In this document: positions 56,394 through 64,000 of the stretch, in pieces
Numbering within the stretch: the first letter of the stretch is position 1
Layout: each line of letters opens with the position of its first letter
Virus record (IMG/VR): IMGVR_UViG_3300044620_000592
Coordinates: 1-64,000 of that record
Strand: one strand, 5' to 3'
Origin: a virus
DNA length: 64,000 bases
Notes under the pieces: generated by a model
Told to the model about the DNA's origin: nothing
Databases searched by the model: none
What the model saw: the letters and a program-made list of their open reading frames with translations, nothing else
Program-made: the position numbers and the translations under genes

Positions 56394-57143
56394 TTAAACC
56401 AATTGAGAGTATATCACTGTACCATTGGCACAACCTGTACCACCTGTAACATCAGTTGTAAGACCTGATGGCAATGTTGCACCACTGGAAATAACGATTA
56501 TTACTCCACCGCCTCCTCCACCACTGCCAGCTAAGCCAGCAGCGTCAAAATAAGATGTAGCAGTTGCAGAGATATAACGAGATGCAATAATTAGAACTCC
56601 ACCACCTGCACCGCTAGAACCACCTGCACCACCTCTTAAGAACAGCGGGGTTGTATTGCTTGCATTAAGTACATAGCCTCTTACAGATTGAGTTGGCTGA
56701 TACCAATACCCTGTAAGAGTCGCTGAGTTTGCCAAGTCAGGCTTTACACCAGTGCCTCCTTGTGCAACGGTTGGAGGAGTTGCAGTTTGAGATGCGCTGT
56801 TACCGCCAAGACTATTGGTAACAGCCGTGTTAGTAGCACCGCCTCCTGAAATCGTTCCAGTTCCTGAGAAGCCAGTTGTCATCGTGTAATTATTCGCCGT
56901 TCCAACTCCGATAGTAGAGTTGGAGTTAAGTGTTAAAAGATTCTTTACAAAAACTCTATAACCAGCAGTGTTTAAAACAACATCAGAGTTGACAGTAAGA
57001 TTGTAATAAAACTTATCAGTTGTCAATGTTGTATTAGCAGAAATTGTTACTGTCCCATCAGAGCCAGTTCCATAAATTGGGTCTGGGGCATCGATAAATG
57101 ATCCAAAAGCGTTTAAAGCAGGGAACCTAGATATACCGGCCAT
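56394..57143 (-). CDS. Gly-rich virion/fibre protein
   Basis: YGTGSDGTVTIS...NLTV...VFVKN.LTLN; GGGGGGVII. Confidence 0.7.
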   Translation of the reverse strand: MAGISRFPALNAFGSFIDAPDPIYGTGSDGTVTISANTTLTTDKFYYNLTVNSDVVLNTAGYRVFVKNLLTLNSNSTIGVGTANNYTMTTGFSGTGTISGGGATNTAVTNSLGGNSASQTATPPTVAQGGTGVKPDLANSATLTGYWYQPTQSVRGYVLNASNTTPLFLRGGAGGSSGAGGGVLIIASRYISATATSYFDAAGLAGSGGGGGGVIIVISSGATLPSGLTTDVTGGTGCANGTVIYSQLV

Positions 57144-57502
57144 TATGACTCCTCAACTCCAAAGATTGTCACATTCAATGCAGAGTTTGCAGAGCATAGG
57201 AATGTAATCTGATCACTTGTTGTATTGCTTGCCGTGTTACCATTATTGATTAAAACCATCGAGCAGTTAAAAGCAAGAGTTTCATTAGCATTAATAGTAA
57301 TATTGCTTAAGATATCGTGAGTATTCGCCTCAGCAACATTGAGGGGTTTTAAACGGATTGTTGCAGTTCTTGCAGATGCTGTTGTATTTGTAATAAGAAT
57401 TTGTTTAACGATTGTGGTTGTGTTAAGAGGGACAGTATAAGCAACAGCAGTAACTGTTGATATTTGTGTTGGGCCAGCTAATCTTTTCTGAATTACAGCC
57501 AT
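57143..57502 (-). CDS. Small beta-sandwich virion protein
   Basis: YTVP...VKQILITNTT...GVEES; paralog of 62834..63166. Confidence 0.7.
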   Translation of the reverse strand: MAVIQKRLAGPTQISTVTAVAYTVPLNTTTIVKQILITNTTASARTATIRLKPLNVAEANTHDILSNITINANETLAFNCSMVLINNGNTASNTTSDQITFLCSANSALNVTIFGVEES

Positions 57503-58305
57503 TATATAACCTCCATATAGAATCTGATCATGTTGTCACGAACAGTATTTCTATTTACCCATAAACTACCATTATACTCCAAAACCTCTCCAGAAGATGG
57601 GGAATCGATGCTCACATCATGCATCCATTCAAGGTGATTATTTCCCGGAAGGACTCTGATAACTATTTGACCATTTGAGCTGCCAATGATTGTTACAAAG
57701 GCAACTGCGAAATCATGCTGTGGTTTTACTTTTGTTAATTTTCCTGCAACAGTTGGGTGAGCATAAAGAATATCTCCGGCAGCCCATGTTTCATCTCCAA
57801 CAGCAAGACCGCTAGATACAGTTCCTCTTGTGTCCAAACCACGCAATGTCCCAAAGCTCATTACTTCACCACTTTGACCATCCGTCAAGGTTTGAGTAAG
57901 AATTCCTATTGCCCTAAGTTCCGAATTTTCTGTTCCCGTTGTTTCAAAGGGGACTATGTTAATTCTTCCACTGCCTTCTGCTCCATTAGCGGAAACAAAA
58001 GTTCCTTTTACAATTGTTGAACCACTATCATTCCGAACAAGAAAGGTATTTGGGATACTACTGTTGACCCATTCTGTACCGTCATACATCAGACCTTGAT
58101 AAGTCAAAGGAGTATCTATTACAACATCTGTTAGTTCATCAAGTAACGATGCACCGCCCGAACTTCCGAACTCAACAATTGTATTAGAACTATTTTTATA
58201 ATAAAGTTTTCCATCAGCATAGTTAAGACCCAACTCACCGAATTCAAGGGAAGAGGGGACATTAGAAGCGGTACCTGAATTTTTAATTTTAATGGTATTA
58301 GCCAT
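57502..58305 (-). CDS. Tail fibre-like protein
   Basis: MANTIKIK...PSSLEFGELGLNYADGKLYY; LDELTDV..YDG..WVN repeats. Confidence 0.75.
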   Translation of the reverse strand: MANTIKIKNSGTASNVPSSLEFGELGLNYADGKLYYKNSSNTIVEFGSSGGASLLDELTDVVIDTPLTYQGLMYDGTEWVNSSIPNTFLVRNDSGSTIVKGTFVSANGAEGSGRINIVPFETTGTENSELRAIGILTQTLTDGQSGEVMSFGTLRGLDTRGTVSSGLAVGDETWAAGDILYAHPTVAGKLTKVKPQHDFAVAFVTIIGSSNGQIVIRVLPGNNHLEWMHDVSIDSPSSGEVLEYNGSLWVNRNTVRDNMIRFYMEVI

Positions 58306-58317
58306 TACTTCCTCCTA

Positions 58318-59415
58318 CTAGAAAGTACCGCCATCTACTGTATCAGACCATGCAGGTACACCTGCTACAACTTTTAAGAACTGACCTGTTGTTCCGATTC
58401 CAAGATTAGAAAGGGTGTTCCCAGATGAGGAGTAAAGTAAATCACCAGTTGTGTAAGAAGTAAGACCAGTACCACCAGATGTTGAAGCAATTGCTGTGCC
58501 ATTCCATACACCAGTCACAATAGTGCCAAGTGTAGTCAAACTTGAGTATATGACTCCTGACCCTAAAGTTGTATTTGAAAGAACTGAAGTTCCAGCGATT
58601 TCGTAAACTTTTCCTGCAACGAGATTTAAATCTTCAGATGAAGTCCATGCGTCTGTTGCATCAACCCAGTTGAAGGTTTTGTTTGTTGCGCCAAGAATTG
58701 TAATACCAGCGCCATCAGCCGTTGTATCTGTTGGAGTAGCAACATTTGCAAGAACAATATTCTTATCCTCAACAACCAGAGTTGCGGTATTAAGAGTTGT
58801 TGTATTCCCATTAACAATCAAGTCTCCTGTAACGGTAAGTGTATTTCCAATTGTTACATCATCTGGAAGACCAATTGTTACAGCACCAGTCCAAGGACCA
58901 GTGCCAGTGCCAGAGACAGTAACTTCATTTGATGTTCCTGTGACTGATGTAACAGCAGCTGTTCCAAGATCGCTAATTTGTGAACCAGTAATTGAAATCG
59001 TTGTATTACCAGCAGCAGTTAGACGACCATCTCCTTGTACAGTGAATGTAGCAACAGTATTTGCACTACCATAAGAACCGACTGTGACTGCTGTATTGCC
59101 AAGAGTAACTCCAGAAATTGCATTGTCAACATAAAGTTTTGTTGCAGCATGAGTGTTTGCTGTTGGAGTAGGTACAAGAACAAGACCATTGAAAGTCTTA
59201 TTTCCTGATACTGTTTGAACACCAGAGAGGGTCAAATATGCGCCTGCACCACCAATTGCCTCTACTGTTGTAGCAGTGCCTCCTGCACCGCCTGAACCTT
59301 TACCGTAGTAAAGAACATCATCTACTTCGTTATATGCAAGCTCTGCATTCTCTAACGAACCTGGAGCCCCAGCATTACCGGAGCCTCTTCTTTTAATTCT
59401 AATTGTATTTGCCAT
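58318..59415 (-). CDS. Tail fibre-like protein
   Basis: MANTIRIKR...PGSLENAELAYN; HAATKLYVD; GGTGLTSY..GDLLY; ends DGGTF. Confidence 0.78.
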   Translation of the reverse strand: MANTIRIKRRGSGNAGAPGSLENAELAYNEVDDVLYYGKGSGGAGGTATTVEAIGGAGAYLTLSGVQTVSGNKTFNGLVLVPTPTANTHAATKLYVDNAISGVTLGNTAVTVGSYGSANTVATFTVQGDGRLTAAGNTTISITGSQISDLGTAAVTSVTGTSNEVTVSGTGTGPWTGAVTIGLPDDVTIGNTLTVTGDLIVNGNTTTLNTATLVVEDKNIVLANVATPTDTTADGAGITILGATNKTFNWVDATDAWTSSEDLNLVAGKVYEIAGTSVLSNTTLGSGVIYSSLTTLGTIVTGVWNGTAIASTSGGTGLTSYTTGDLLYSSSGNTLSNLGIGTTGQFLKVVAGVPAWSDTVDGGTF

Positions 59416-59690
59416 TAATAATTTCCTCCGTCTAATAGCGTGTTTGCAATTGAGTGAACATGGTCACTTCTGCTAAACAGGGTTGACACCCCAGAAGAAG
59501 CTGCTCTTGCAATATCCGCTGGATCTCCACCACTTAAAAAAGGCTCACCACCCAAAACGATTGTTGCGGGGGCGGCCAAAACTGTTGTAACCTCAGATGA
59601 CTGAACACTAAGCGCAGTGATATCTGATTCTGAAATTGTTACATTGGTAATATCACCAGACGTAACAGTTACATAGGTAACTTCACCCAT
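59415..59690 (-). CDS. Fibre-associated virion protein
   Basis: SRSDHVH motif, ends LDGGNY; likely start MGEVT. Confidence 0.6.
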   Translation of the reverse strand: MGEVTYVTVTSGDITNVTISESDITALSVQSSEVTTVLAAPATIVLGGEPFLSGGDPADIARAASSGVSTLFSRSDHVHSIANTLLDGGNY

Positions 59691-60015
59691 GATTAACCTC
59701 TCTTGAAACAACTGCTGTTCCACTTATCAAAGTGGTTACAATTGAACCGTTAAGCTCTTGCAAGTCATAAATATATGAACCAGCATCTATGTTAGATGTT
59801 TGCTCTGGAGTTAAACTAAATGTTAAAACACCGTTAGCAGCATTTGTAATTGCCGTTGTGAATGTTACAGCAGTATCTGAAGACTTACTCTTCCTAAGTT
59901 GAGCAGTATATACACGCCCTGTTATATTAATAGCAGTATTACTACTATTTCTAATCCTTAATTCGTGGAGATATGTATCTCCTTGATATATACTAATTTC
60001 TCTTTTAGCAGCCAT
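59683..60015 (-). CDS. BppU-like / Ig-fold baseplate-fibre adaptor
   Basis: IYQGDT...NITG....AQLR...G.LTFSLT..QT......YIYDL. Confidence 0.65.
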   Translation of the reverse strand: MAAKREISIYQGDTYLHELRIRNSSNTAINITGRVYTAQLRKSKSSDTAVTFTTAITNAANGVLTFSLTPEQTSNIDAGSYIYDLQELNGSIVTTLISGTAVVSREVNHG

Positions 60016-60017
60016 CG

Positions 60018-60098
60018 TTAGCAGTCACATTCCTCGCAACCACAATCGCATTGGTCAACACACTCACAACCGCAAGCACATGTTTTGTTTCTAGACAT
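60018..60098 (-). CDS. Cys-rich metallothionein-like micro-protein (26 aa, not in ORF track)
   Basis: AGGAG RBS 5 nt before ATG; MSRNKTCACGCECVDQCDCGCEECDC, 9 Cys; fills the gap between endolysin and the next gene. Confidence 0.7.
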   Translation of the reverse strand: MSRNKTCACGCECVDQCDCGCEECDC

Positions 60099-60110
60099 AG
60101 AATCTCCTAA

Positions 60111-60644
60111 TTAAGCAGCACCAGGCTTAGGCAATGCTCTCCAAGCTGCTTCAAACTTTGCAGCGTCTTTTGCCATCTCTGGAGAAAGCTCTAAATGTAA
60201 CCACTTCCCTCCAAAACTACCAGCATTATCAGACTCGGTAAAAATTTTTACCCCAGCCTCATTCTCACCTCTTGAGCACCTAAATCCGCGACCATACCCT
60301 TGATTCTTGTCCTTAGGGTTTGCATCAAATGCATAGTCATGAATTTCTTCAATACCTAACTCTTTAGTGTACTTAATGAACCAGTTCCACATTTCGACTC
60401 CAACTTTACGGTCTTTGTAGCCGATGTCGCATGCTGCACCAGTTGCGTGAACGCTCAGGAATTTCTCCATGCCTGGGTCGCCAATCTTTTTACCAGCGGT
60501 CTTGGAATTTCTCATCAATCTTGGGACATAAATCCCCATGTTGGAAGTTTTCCATCTTTTTCCACAAAGTTCAACTAACTTCTGGGTTCCAGGCTGTGCG
60601 CCCTTACCATCAAAACTTGGATAATAGCTATACTTTCTTGGCAT
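60111..60644 (-). CDS. Endolysin, Zn peptidase (M15-like)
   Basis: R...SVHATGAACD...WLHLE (H-x6-D...H ligands); next to holin; no cell-wall-binding domain seen. Confidence 0.75.
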   Translation of the reverse strand: MPRKYSYYPSFDGKGAQPGTQKLVELCGKRWKTSNMGIYVPRLMRNSKTAGKKIGDPGMEKFLSVHATGAACDIGYKDRKVGVEMWNWFIKYTKELGIEEIHDYAFDANPKDKNQGYGRGFRCSRGENEAGVKIFTESDNAGSFGGKWLHLELSPEMAKDAAKFEAAWRALPKPGAA

Positions 60645-60844
60645 TATTTACCAGCCTTGACTTTACCAAATGCTAAATCATTTGGGTTTACATAGCGTAA
60701 AATCACTGGAAGAGCTGCAGCCCAGAGTGCGTTTGCAGCCATCTTTACATCACCGGTTGAAACATAGACAGCAACAGCTGCGCCTAAAACACTTCTACCG
60801 TAGGAGGCAATCATTGCCTTATTTTCTTCTGAAATCTTAATCAT
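60644..60844 (-). CDS. Holin
   Basis: Two hydrophobic helices, LRYVNPND.AFG, basic C-terminus, coupled to endolysin. Confidence 0.7.
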   Translation of the reverse strand: MIKISEENKAMIASYGRSVLGAAVAVYVSTGDVKMAANALWAAALPVILRYVNPNDLAFGKVKAGK

Positions 60845-60894
60845 AAAATTCTCCTTTGCGGCCTAAAACCACTTATTTACAGTATACATTAGTC

Positions 60895-61137
60895 TCATTC
60901 TTCAGGCTTACTTTTTGCCTTGCTGAATATTGACTCAATTTCATCTTCAGATAACTTTCCGTCATCAAGAAAGGCATTTGCAAGACCTTCTACGACTTTA
61001 GCAACACCGCCAATTCCGGCCATAAAAATAGCCTTTGGCAAGCTAACGCCAGCAACAGCACCAGCGCCAATAACGCCAAGACCTGATGCACCGAAAACAG
61101 CAAGTATTCTCAATAGGATATTATTTACACTAGACAT
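60895..61137 (-). CDS. Membrane protein (holin-like)
   Basis: Gly-rich hydrophobic helices, FLDDGKLS.DEI. Confidence 0.6.
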   Translation of the reverse strand: MSSVNNILLRILAVFGASGLGVIGAGAVAGVSLPKAIFMAGIGGVAKVVEGLANAFLDDGKLSEDEIESIFSKAKSKPEE

Positions 61138-61304
61138 TAATCCTCCTTTTTAATTAATACACCAAACATATGAACAACAAAAGCAGCAACAGTTAGCCAC
61201 AATCCATAAGTTTGAGTTTTACCAGATAATGTAATTAAAACAATTACACCTCCGGATAATGTCCATGCCAAAGCATGGAGTTCGTTTAAGATTTTTTTAA
61301 ACAT
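61137..61304 (-). CDS. Two-TM membrane protein (55 aa, not in ORF track)
   Basis: MFKKILNELHALAWTLSGGVIVLITLSGKTQTYGLWLTVAAFVVHMFGVLIKKED; TAATG-coupled on both sides. Confidence 0.7.
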   Translation of the reverse strand: MFKKILNELHALAWTLSGGVIVLITLSGKTQTYGLWLTVAAFVVHMFGVLIKKED

Positions 61305-62809
61305 TATTTTCTCCTTGATCGACTGCTACCTCGATCTCCATTTCCAGAACCACCATCTCCTGATGGTCCACCAGCACCTCCACCTGATGGCGCAGAACCG
61401 CCTCCAGAGGGCATGGGAGCCGTTGTAATCGTTGTTAACACCGTTGTTACGGCAATCAGGGCTCTTCTTGCTTTTACATCTATCTCAGAACCTGTAGGAA
61501 CATAATCATCAAGCCCCTCTCCAAAGATGTCAATTTCTGTTTCAAATTCTTCTTTGATGTCATTTGGGGCATTCGTCAGGGCTTCAACAAGGGCATTCTC
61601 TTGCTCTAACGACAAGTCAGAAACTGTTATCTCAGCAAAAATTTCCCCGGCTTGCTCTGGAGTGATGCTCTCCAAGACTTTTTCACTTGTCGCAAGTTCA
61701 CTTGCTTGATCTGAAGACAGTTCAGAGTCAAGAATTTTATCAACAATATTTGCTACTTCTTCTTGCGATACTGAATCTGAATCAATAGCACTTATAACTT
61801 CAGTAACCTGCTCATCATTTAGCCTTTCATTTGAATTAAGTATCTCAATAACTTCTTGAACAATAGCTGCTGTTGGAGCAATTGTTGTTGTCGTAGTTGT
61901 AGTAGGTGCTACTGTTGTAGAAACGACTGTGGTTGTTGTAGTTGTTGGAATTGGCACAGTTGTTGGAGCAATTGTTGGAAATACAAAAACACTTGTAGTT
62001 GTAGGCGGTATAGTTGTTGTTGATGAAGTTGTTGTGCTTGTGGTTGTTGTGGTTGATGTTGTACTTGTGGTTGTCGTAGGGATTGGCAAAGTCAATCCAG
62101 ATACCTCATTGCTCCAACCCGAATAGACCGGAATAGAGTCGTTATCAGCACGAACTTTAAACTTATATTCAGTATTTGGTGCAAGATCCTCAACGACTGT
62201 AGATGTTTGAATGGATGACGCTGCCCAGCCAGTAAGCCAATTGTCATTTGAGAAAAAAACAGCATATCTTTCCACCTGTACATTGGATTGTTCTGGGGCA
62301 TCCCATGATAAATAAACTTTGTTTTGGTTTGTAGATGTGACTATAAGATTCTGTGGACTATTCAAATATGGAGCAATAGTGGTTGTAGTTGTACTGCTCG
62401 TTGTGGTGCTTGAAGTTGTTGTTGATGGAATTTGAGTTGGTACCGAGTCGGTTTCAATATCGTAGAAATTTCCATACCACCTATTAGGGTCTCCACAGCA
62501 AACACCTGTGCGTAAACGATAGGTTCCAGATTCTTGCACATTATAAGAAATATAGGAATCTAAACCAAAATGGTCATCATTCGCAGCTAACAGCCCGTCA
62601 TTGCTGTCGTAAAGCCAAAACATGCTGTCAATCCCGTATTGCTGAGCGGTTGCTCGCACGGTGAAGGTTGTTCCAGATTCAAGTTGGAAATAAAAATCTC
62701 CAGCACTTTCAGTTCTAAAAGTCTCGGCTTTGGCGGGGCTTGAAAAGAAGGATAAGATTAATATAGGTGCTAATAACCATGAGCCTTTTTTAAATCTTAA
62801 TCTTCTCAC
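61304..62809 (-). CDS. Secreted/surface protein: signal peptide, PPC-like domain, FN3, Thr-rich linkers, acidic helical domain, C-terminal anchor
   Basis: MRRLRFKK...PAKA signal; DSMFWLYD...AANDD; LSWDAP...LAPNTEYKFKVRA (FN3); poly-Thr tracts. Confidence 0.8.
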   Translation of the reverse strand: MRRLRFKKGSWLLAPILILSFFSSPAKAETFRTESAGDFYFQLESGTTFTVRATAQQYGIDSMFWLYDSNDGLLAANDDHFGLDSYISYNVQESGTYRLRTGVCCGDPNRWYGNFYDIETDSVPTQIPSTTTSSTTTSSTTTTTIAPYLNSPQNLIVTSTNQNKVYLSWDAPEQSNVQVERYAVFFSNDNWLTGWAASSIQTSTVVEDLAPNTEYKFKVRADNDSIPVYSGWSNEVSGLTLPIPTTTTSTTSTTTTTSTTTSSTTTIPPTTTSVFVFPTIAPTTVPIPTTTTTTVVSTTVAPTTTTTTTIAPTAAIVQEVIEILNSNERLNDEQVTEVISAIDSDSVSQEEVANIVDKILDSELSSDQASELATSEKVLESITPEQAGEIFAEITVSDLSLEQENALVEALTNAPNDIKEEFETEIDIFGEGLDDYVPTGSEIDVKARRALIAVTTVLTTITTAPMPSGGGSAPSGGGAGGPSGDGGSGNGDRGSSRSRRK

Positions 62810-62815
62810 ATAACA

Positions 62816-62821
62816 ATAATA
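62816..62821 (-). promoter_or_regulatory. -10 for leaderless surface-protein transcript
   Basis: TATTAT 6 nt before GTG 62809. Confidence 0.45.
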
Positions 62822-62833
62822 CTAGATTATTGA

Positions 62834-63166
62834 TTAAGCGGAATACTCAACTCCACTAATGGTAAAAGTACATTTATTATTGGCATTTACAACATGAATT
62901 TTATATCCAGAGTCTAAAACTGTTGTTGTATCAACAGAAACAGTCTCACTAGCGTTAATTGTAAAAGATTTAAAGAGTGCATTATTATTTCCAGGAGTTC
63001 CAGAAGGAGTTAAGATGTGCATATCAAATAATACAGAAGCACCTGTCGTATTGCATATAGTAATTGTTTTTAAGATTGTATAAGAACCTGTGTCTGTTGA
63101 CACGGTATAAACATTGGATGCTGTATCGTTTCCAATATATAAAGATTTTGGTGTTAAATTAGCCAT
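62834..63166 (-). CDS. Small beta-sandwich virion protein
   Basis: YTV...LKTITICNTT...SGVEY; paralog of 57143..57502. Confidence 0.7.
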   Translation of the reverse strand: MANLTPKSLYIGNDTASNVYTVSTDTGSYTILKTITICNTTGASVLFDMHILTPSGTPGNNNALFKSFTINASETVSVDTTTVLDSGYKIHVVNANNKCTFTISGVEYSA

Positions 63167-63510
63167 TAGACCCCCATCCAGTTAAGTATTTGATTATCAT
63201 ATACAGTTGTATTCATTGATTGAACAGTAGTCGCATCAAGAACATGATCTACTAATTCACCAACTGTATGATCTATTGCAGTTGTGCCATCGTAACCTCT
63301 GCTTAAAACAGTAAATGTATTAGCACTTCTGCTTGATATTAAAACCTTTTCTTCATATGGGTTTCCACGACCTATTGACACAACGAAGCTGTTTAAATCG
63401 CCAGATGGAAATGTTGAGCCATCTGTCACAGAGAAAGATGTAGCGGAGTTTGAAATATTCGCACTTAAAGCCTGTGCAACAACTGCACCAGCAAATTCTC
63501 TTCTTTCCAT
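63166..63510 (-). CDS. Virion structural protein
   Basis: LSANISNSATSFSV.D...FP...E.V.......FTV..RG..GT.A..H..G; the same domain occurs inside 31653..35576. Confidence 0.7.
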   Translation of the reverse strand: MERREFAGAVVAQALSANISNSATSFSVTDGSTFPSGDLNSFVVSIGRGNPYEEKVLISSRSANTFTVLSRGYDGTTAIDHTVGELVDHVLDATTVQSMNTTVYDNQILNWMGV

Positions 63511-63518
63511 ATTACCTC

Positions 63519-63905
63519 TTAGTCAATTGTGATATCAAGATCGCCAGTTGCAACTCTAAGAGTGTCACCAGCGTCAAGAACTTTGTTTGCAGTTAATGTT
63601 CCGTAAACTAAAAGATTTCCACCTGTGCTGTTGTCCATGATTCCAATTGCAACGATTGTGCATGCTGGCATGTCAGGGAAATCAATGTTTGCATTGTTTG
63701 ATGTAGCACCACCGCTTGAGGCGGTAAAAAGACCTGCAAGGGCTTTTCTTGAATAAGAAGCACCAGTTGCTTCTGTGCCCGCTGTTGAATCAGTTGGAGC
63801 AGTTGTAAACAACGCTAGATGAGTTGTTGGCATTGTATATGATGTAGTTCCAACTACATGATCAAGAATTTTGTTTTCAGCATAATCGCTAAGGCTACCT
63901 GCCAT
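63519..63905 (-). CDS. Virion structural protein (tail-associated)
   Basis: SDYAENKILDH...LALFTTAP...E..G..Y.R...GGNLL...GDLDIT. Confidence 0.7.
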   Translation of the reverse strand: MAGSLSDYAENKILDHVVGTTSYTMPTTHLALFTTAPTDSTAGTEATGASYSRKALAGLFTASSGGATSNNANIDFPDMPACTIVAIGIMDNSTGGNLLVYGTLTANKVLDAGDTLRVATGDLDITID

Positions 63906-63907
63906 AA

Positions 63908-64000
63908 TTAATCCTCCTTAGAATTAAGATAATCTTCCAATTCTAACTGATCTGGAAGTCTGAAGTTTTCAAGGGTAAGAAGGAAAGCGGCCTCTGCTTC
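63908..64000 (-). CDS. 3' end of an upstream gene (truncated by window end)
   Basis: ...EAAFLLTLENFRLPDQLELEDYLNSKED*. Confidence 0.55.
   Translation of the reverse strand, partial: EAEAAFLLTLENFRLPDQLELEDYLNSKED

Noticed and set aside
54869-57143. Diversity-generating retroelement acting on the paralogous fibre genes
   Set aside because: No reverse transcriptase and no near-identical template/variable repeat pair; similarity is only at diverged protein level
22-62126. All plus-strand ORFs in the track (e.g. 3714..4070, 13338..13757, 42097..42654, 49048..49521, 58670..59074)
   Set aside because: Antisense shadows of well-supported minus-strand genes, with no RBS or recognisable motifs
61870-62430. 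GTT/GTA-rich low-complexity repeats
   Set aside because: Simply encode poly-Thr linkers; not an array or regulatory repeat
1-64000. Alternative genetic code / stop-codon reassignment
   Set aside because: Long genes are intact under the standard bacterial code, and TAA, TAG and TGA all serve as coupled stops

Overview
AT-rich fragment of a large tailed dsDNA phage (siphovirus-like: tail tube, frameshifted tail chaperone, 3067-aa tape measure, no sheath gene seen). All credible genes lie on the minus strand and are tightly coupled. The host is probably an aquatic Actinomycetota, inferred from a WhiB regulator, an Rpf-like domain in the tape measure, an Acidimicrobiia-style Thr-rich FN3 surface protein and several apparently leaderless promoters. 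In transcription order (right to left): virion/fibre genes, a surface protein, a lysis cassette and a hidden 26-aa Cys-rich metallothionein-like ORF; a fibre cluster with a Gly/His-rich protein followed by a 2OG-Fe(II) oxygenase and a flavin-dependent halogenase; head-tail joining and tail genes; HNH, phosphoesterase, MerR-HTH, WhiB; helicase, primase, SSB, HAD nucleotidase, DnaE; three glycosyltransferases plus an FkbM methyltransferase; RecA, a resolvase, Dam, Dcm (with a nested alternative-frame ORF) and a DpdA/TGT-like protein; Cas4-like nuclease, RuvC, YkgJ Fe-S protein, terminase; then a non-coding gap and small early-type genes. No tRNA, rRNA, CRISPR array, integrase or intein was recognised. 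Best candidates for undescribed biology: (1) a virion-modification/metal-binding module (His-rich fibre, hydroxylase, halogenase, mini-metallothionein); (2) a tape measure carrying a GG-motif-delimited cargo (Rpf muramidase, pre-toxin-TG-like segment, unknown domain); (3) a layered DNA-modification locus. All family calls come from motif recognition by eye, not database searches.
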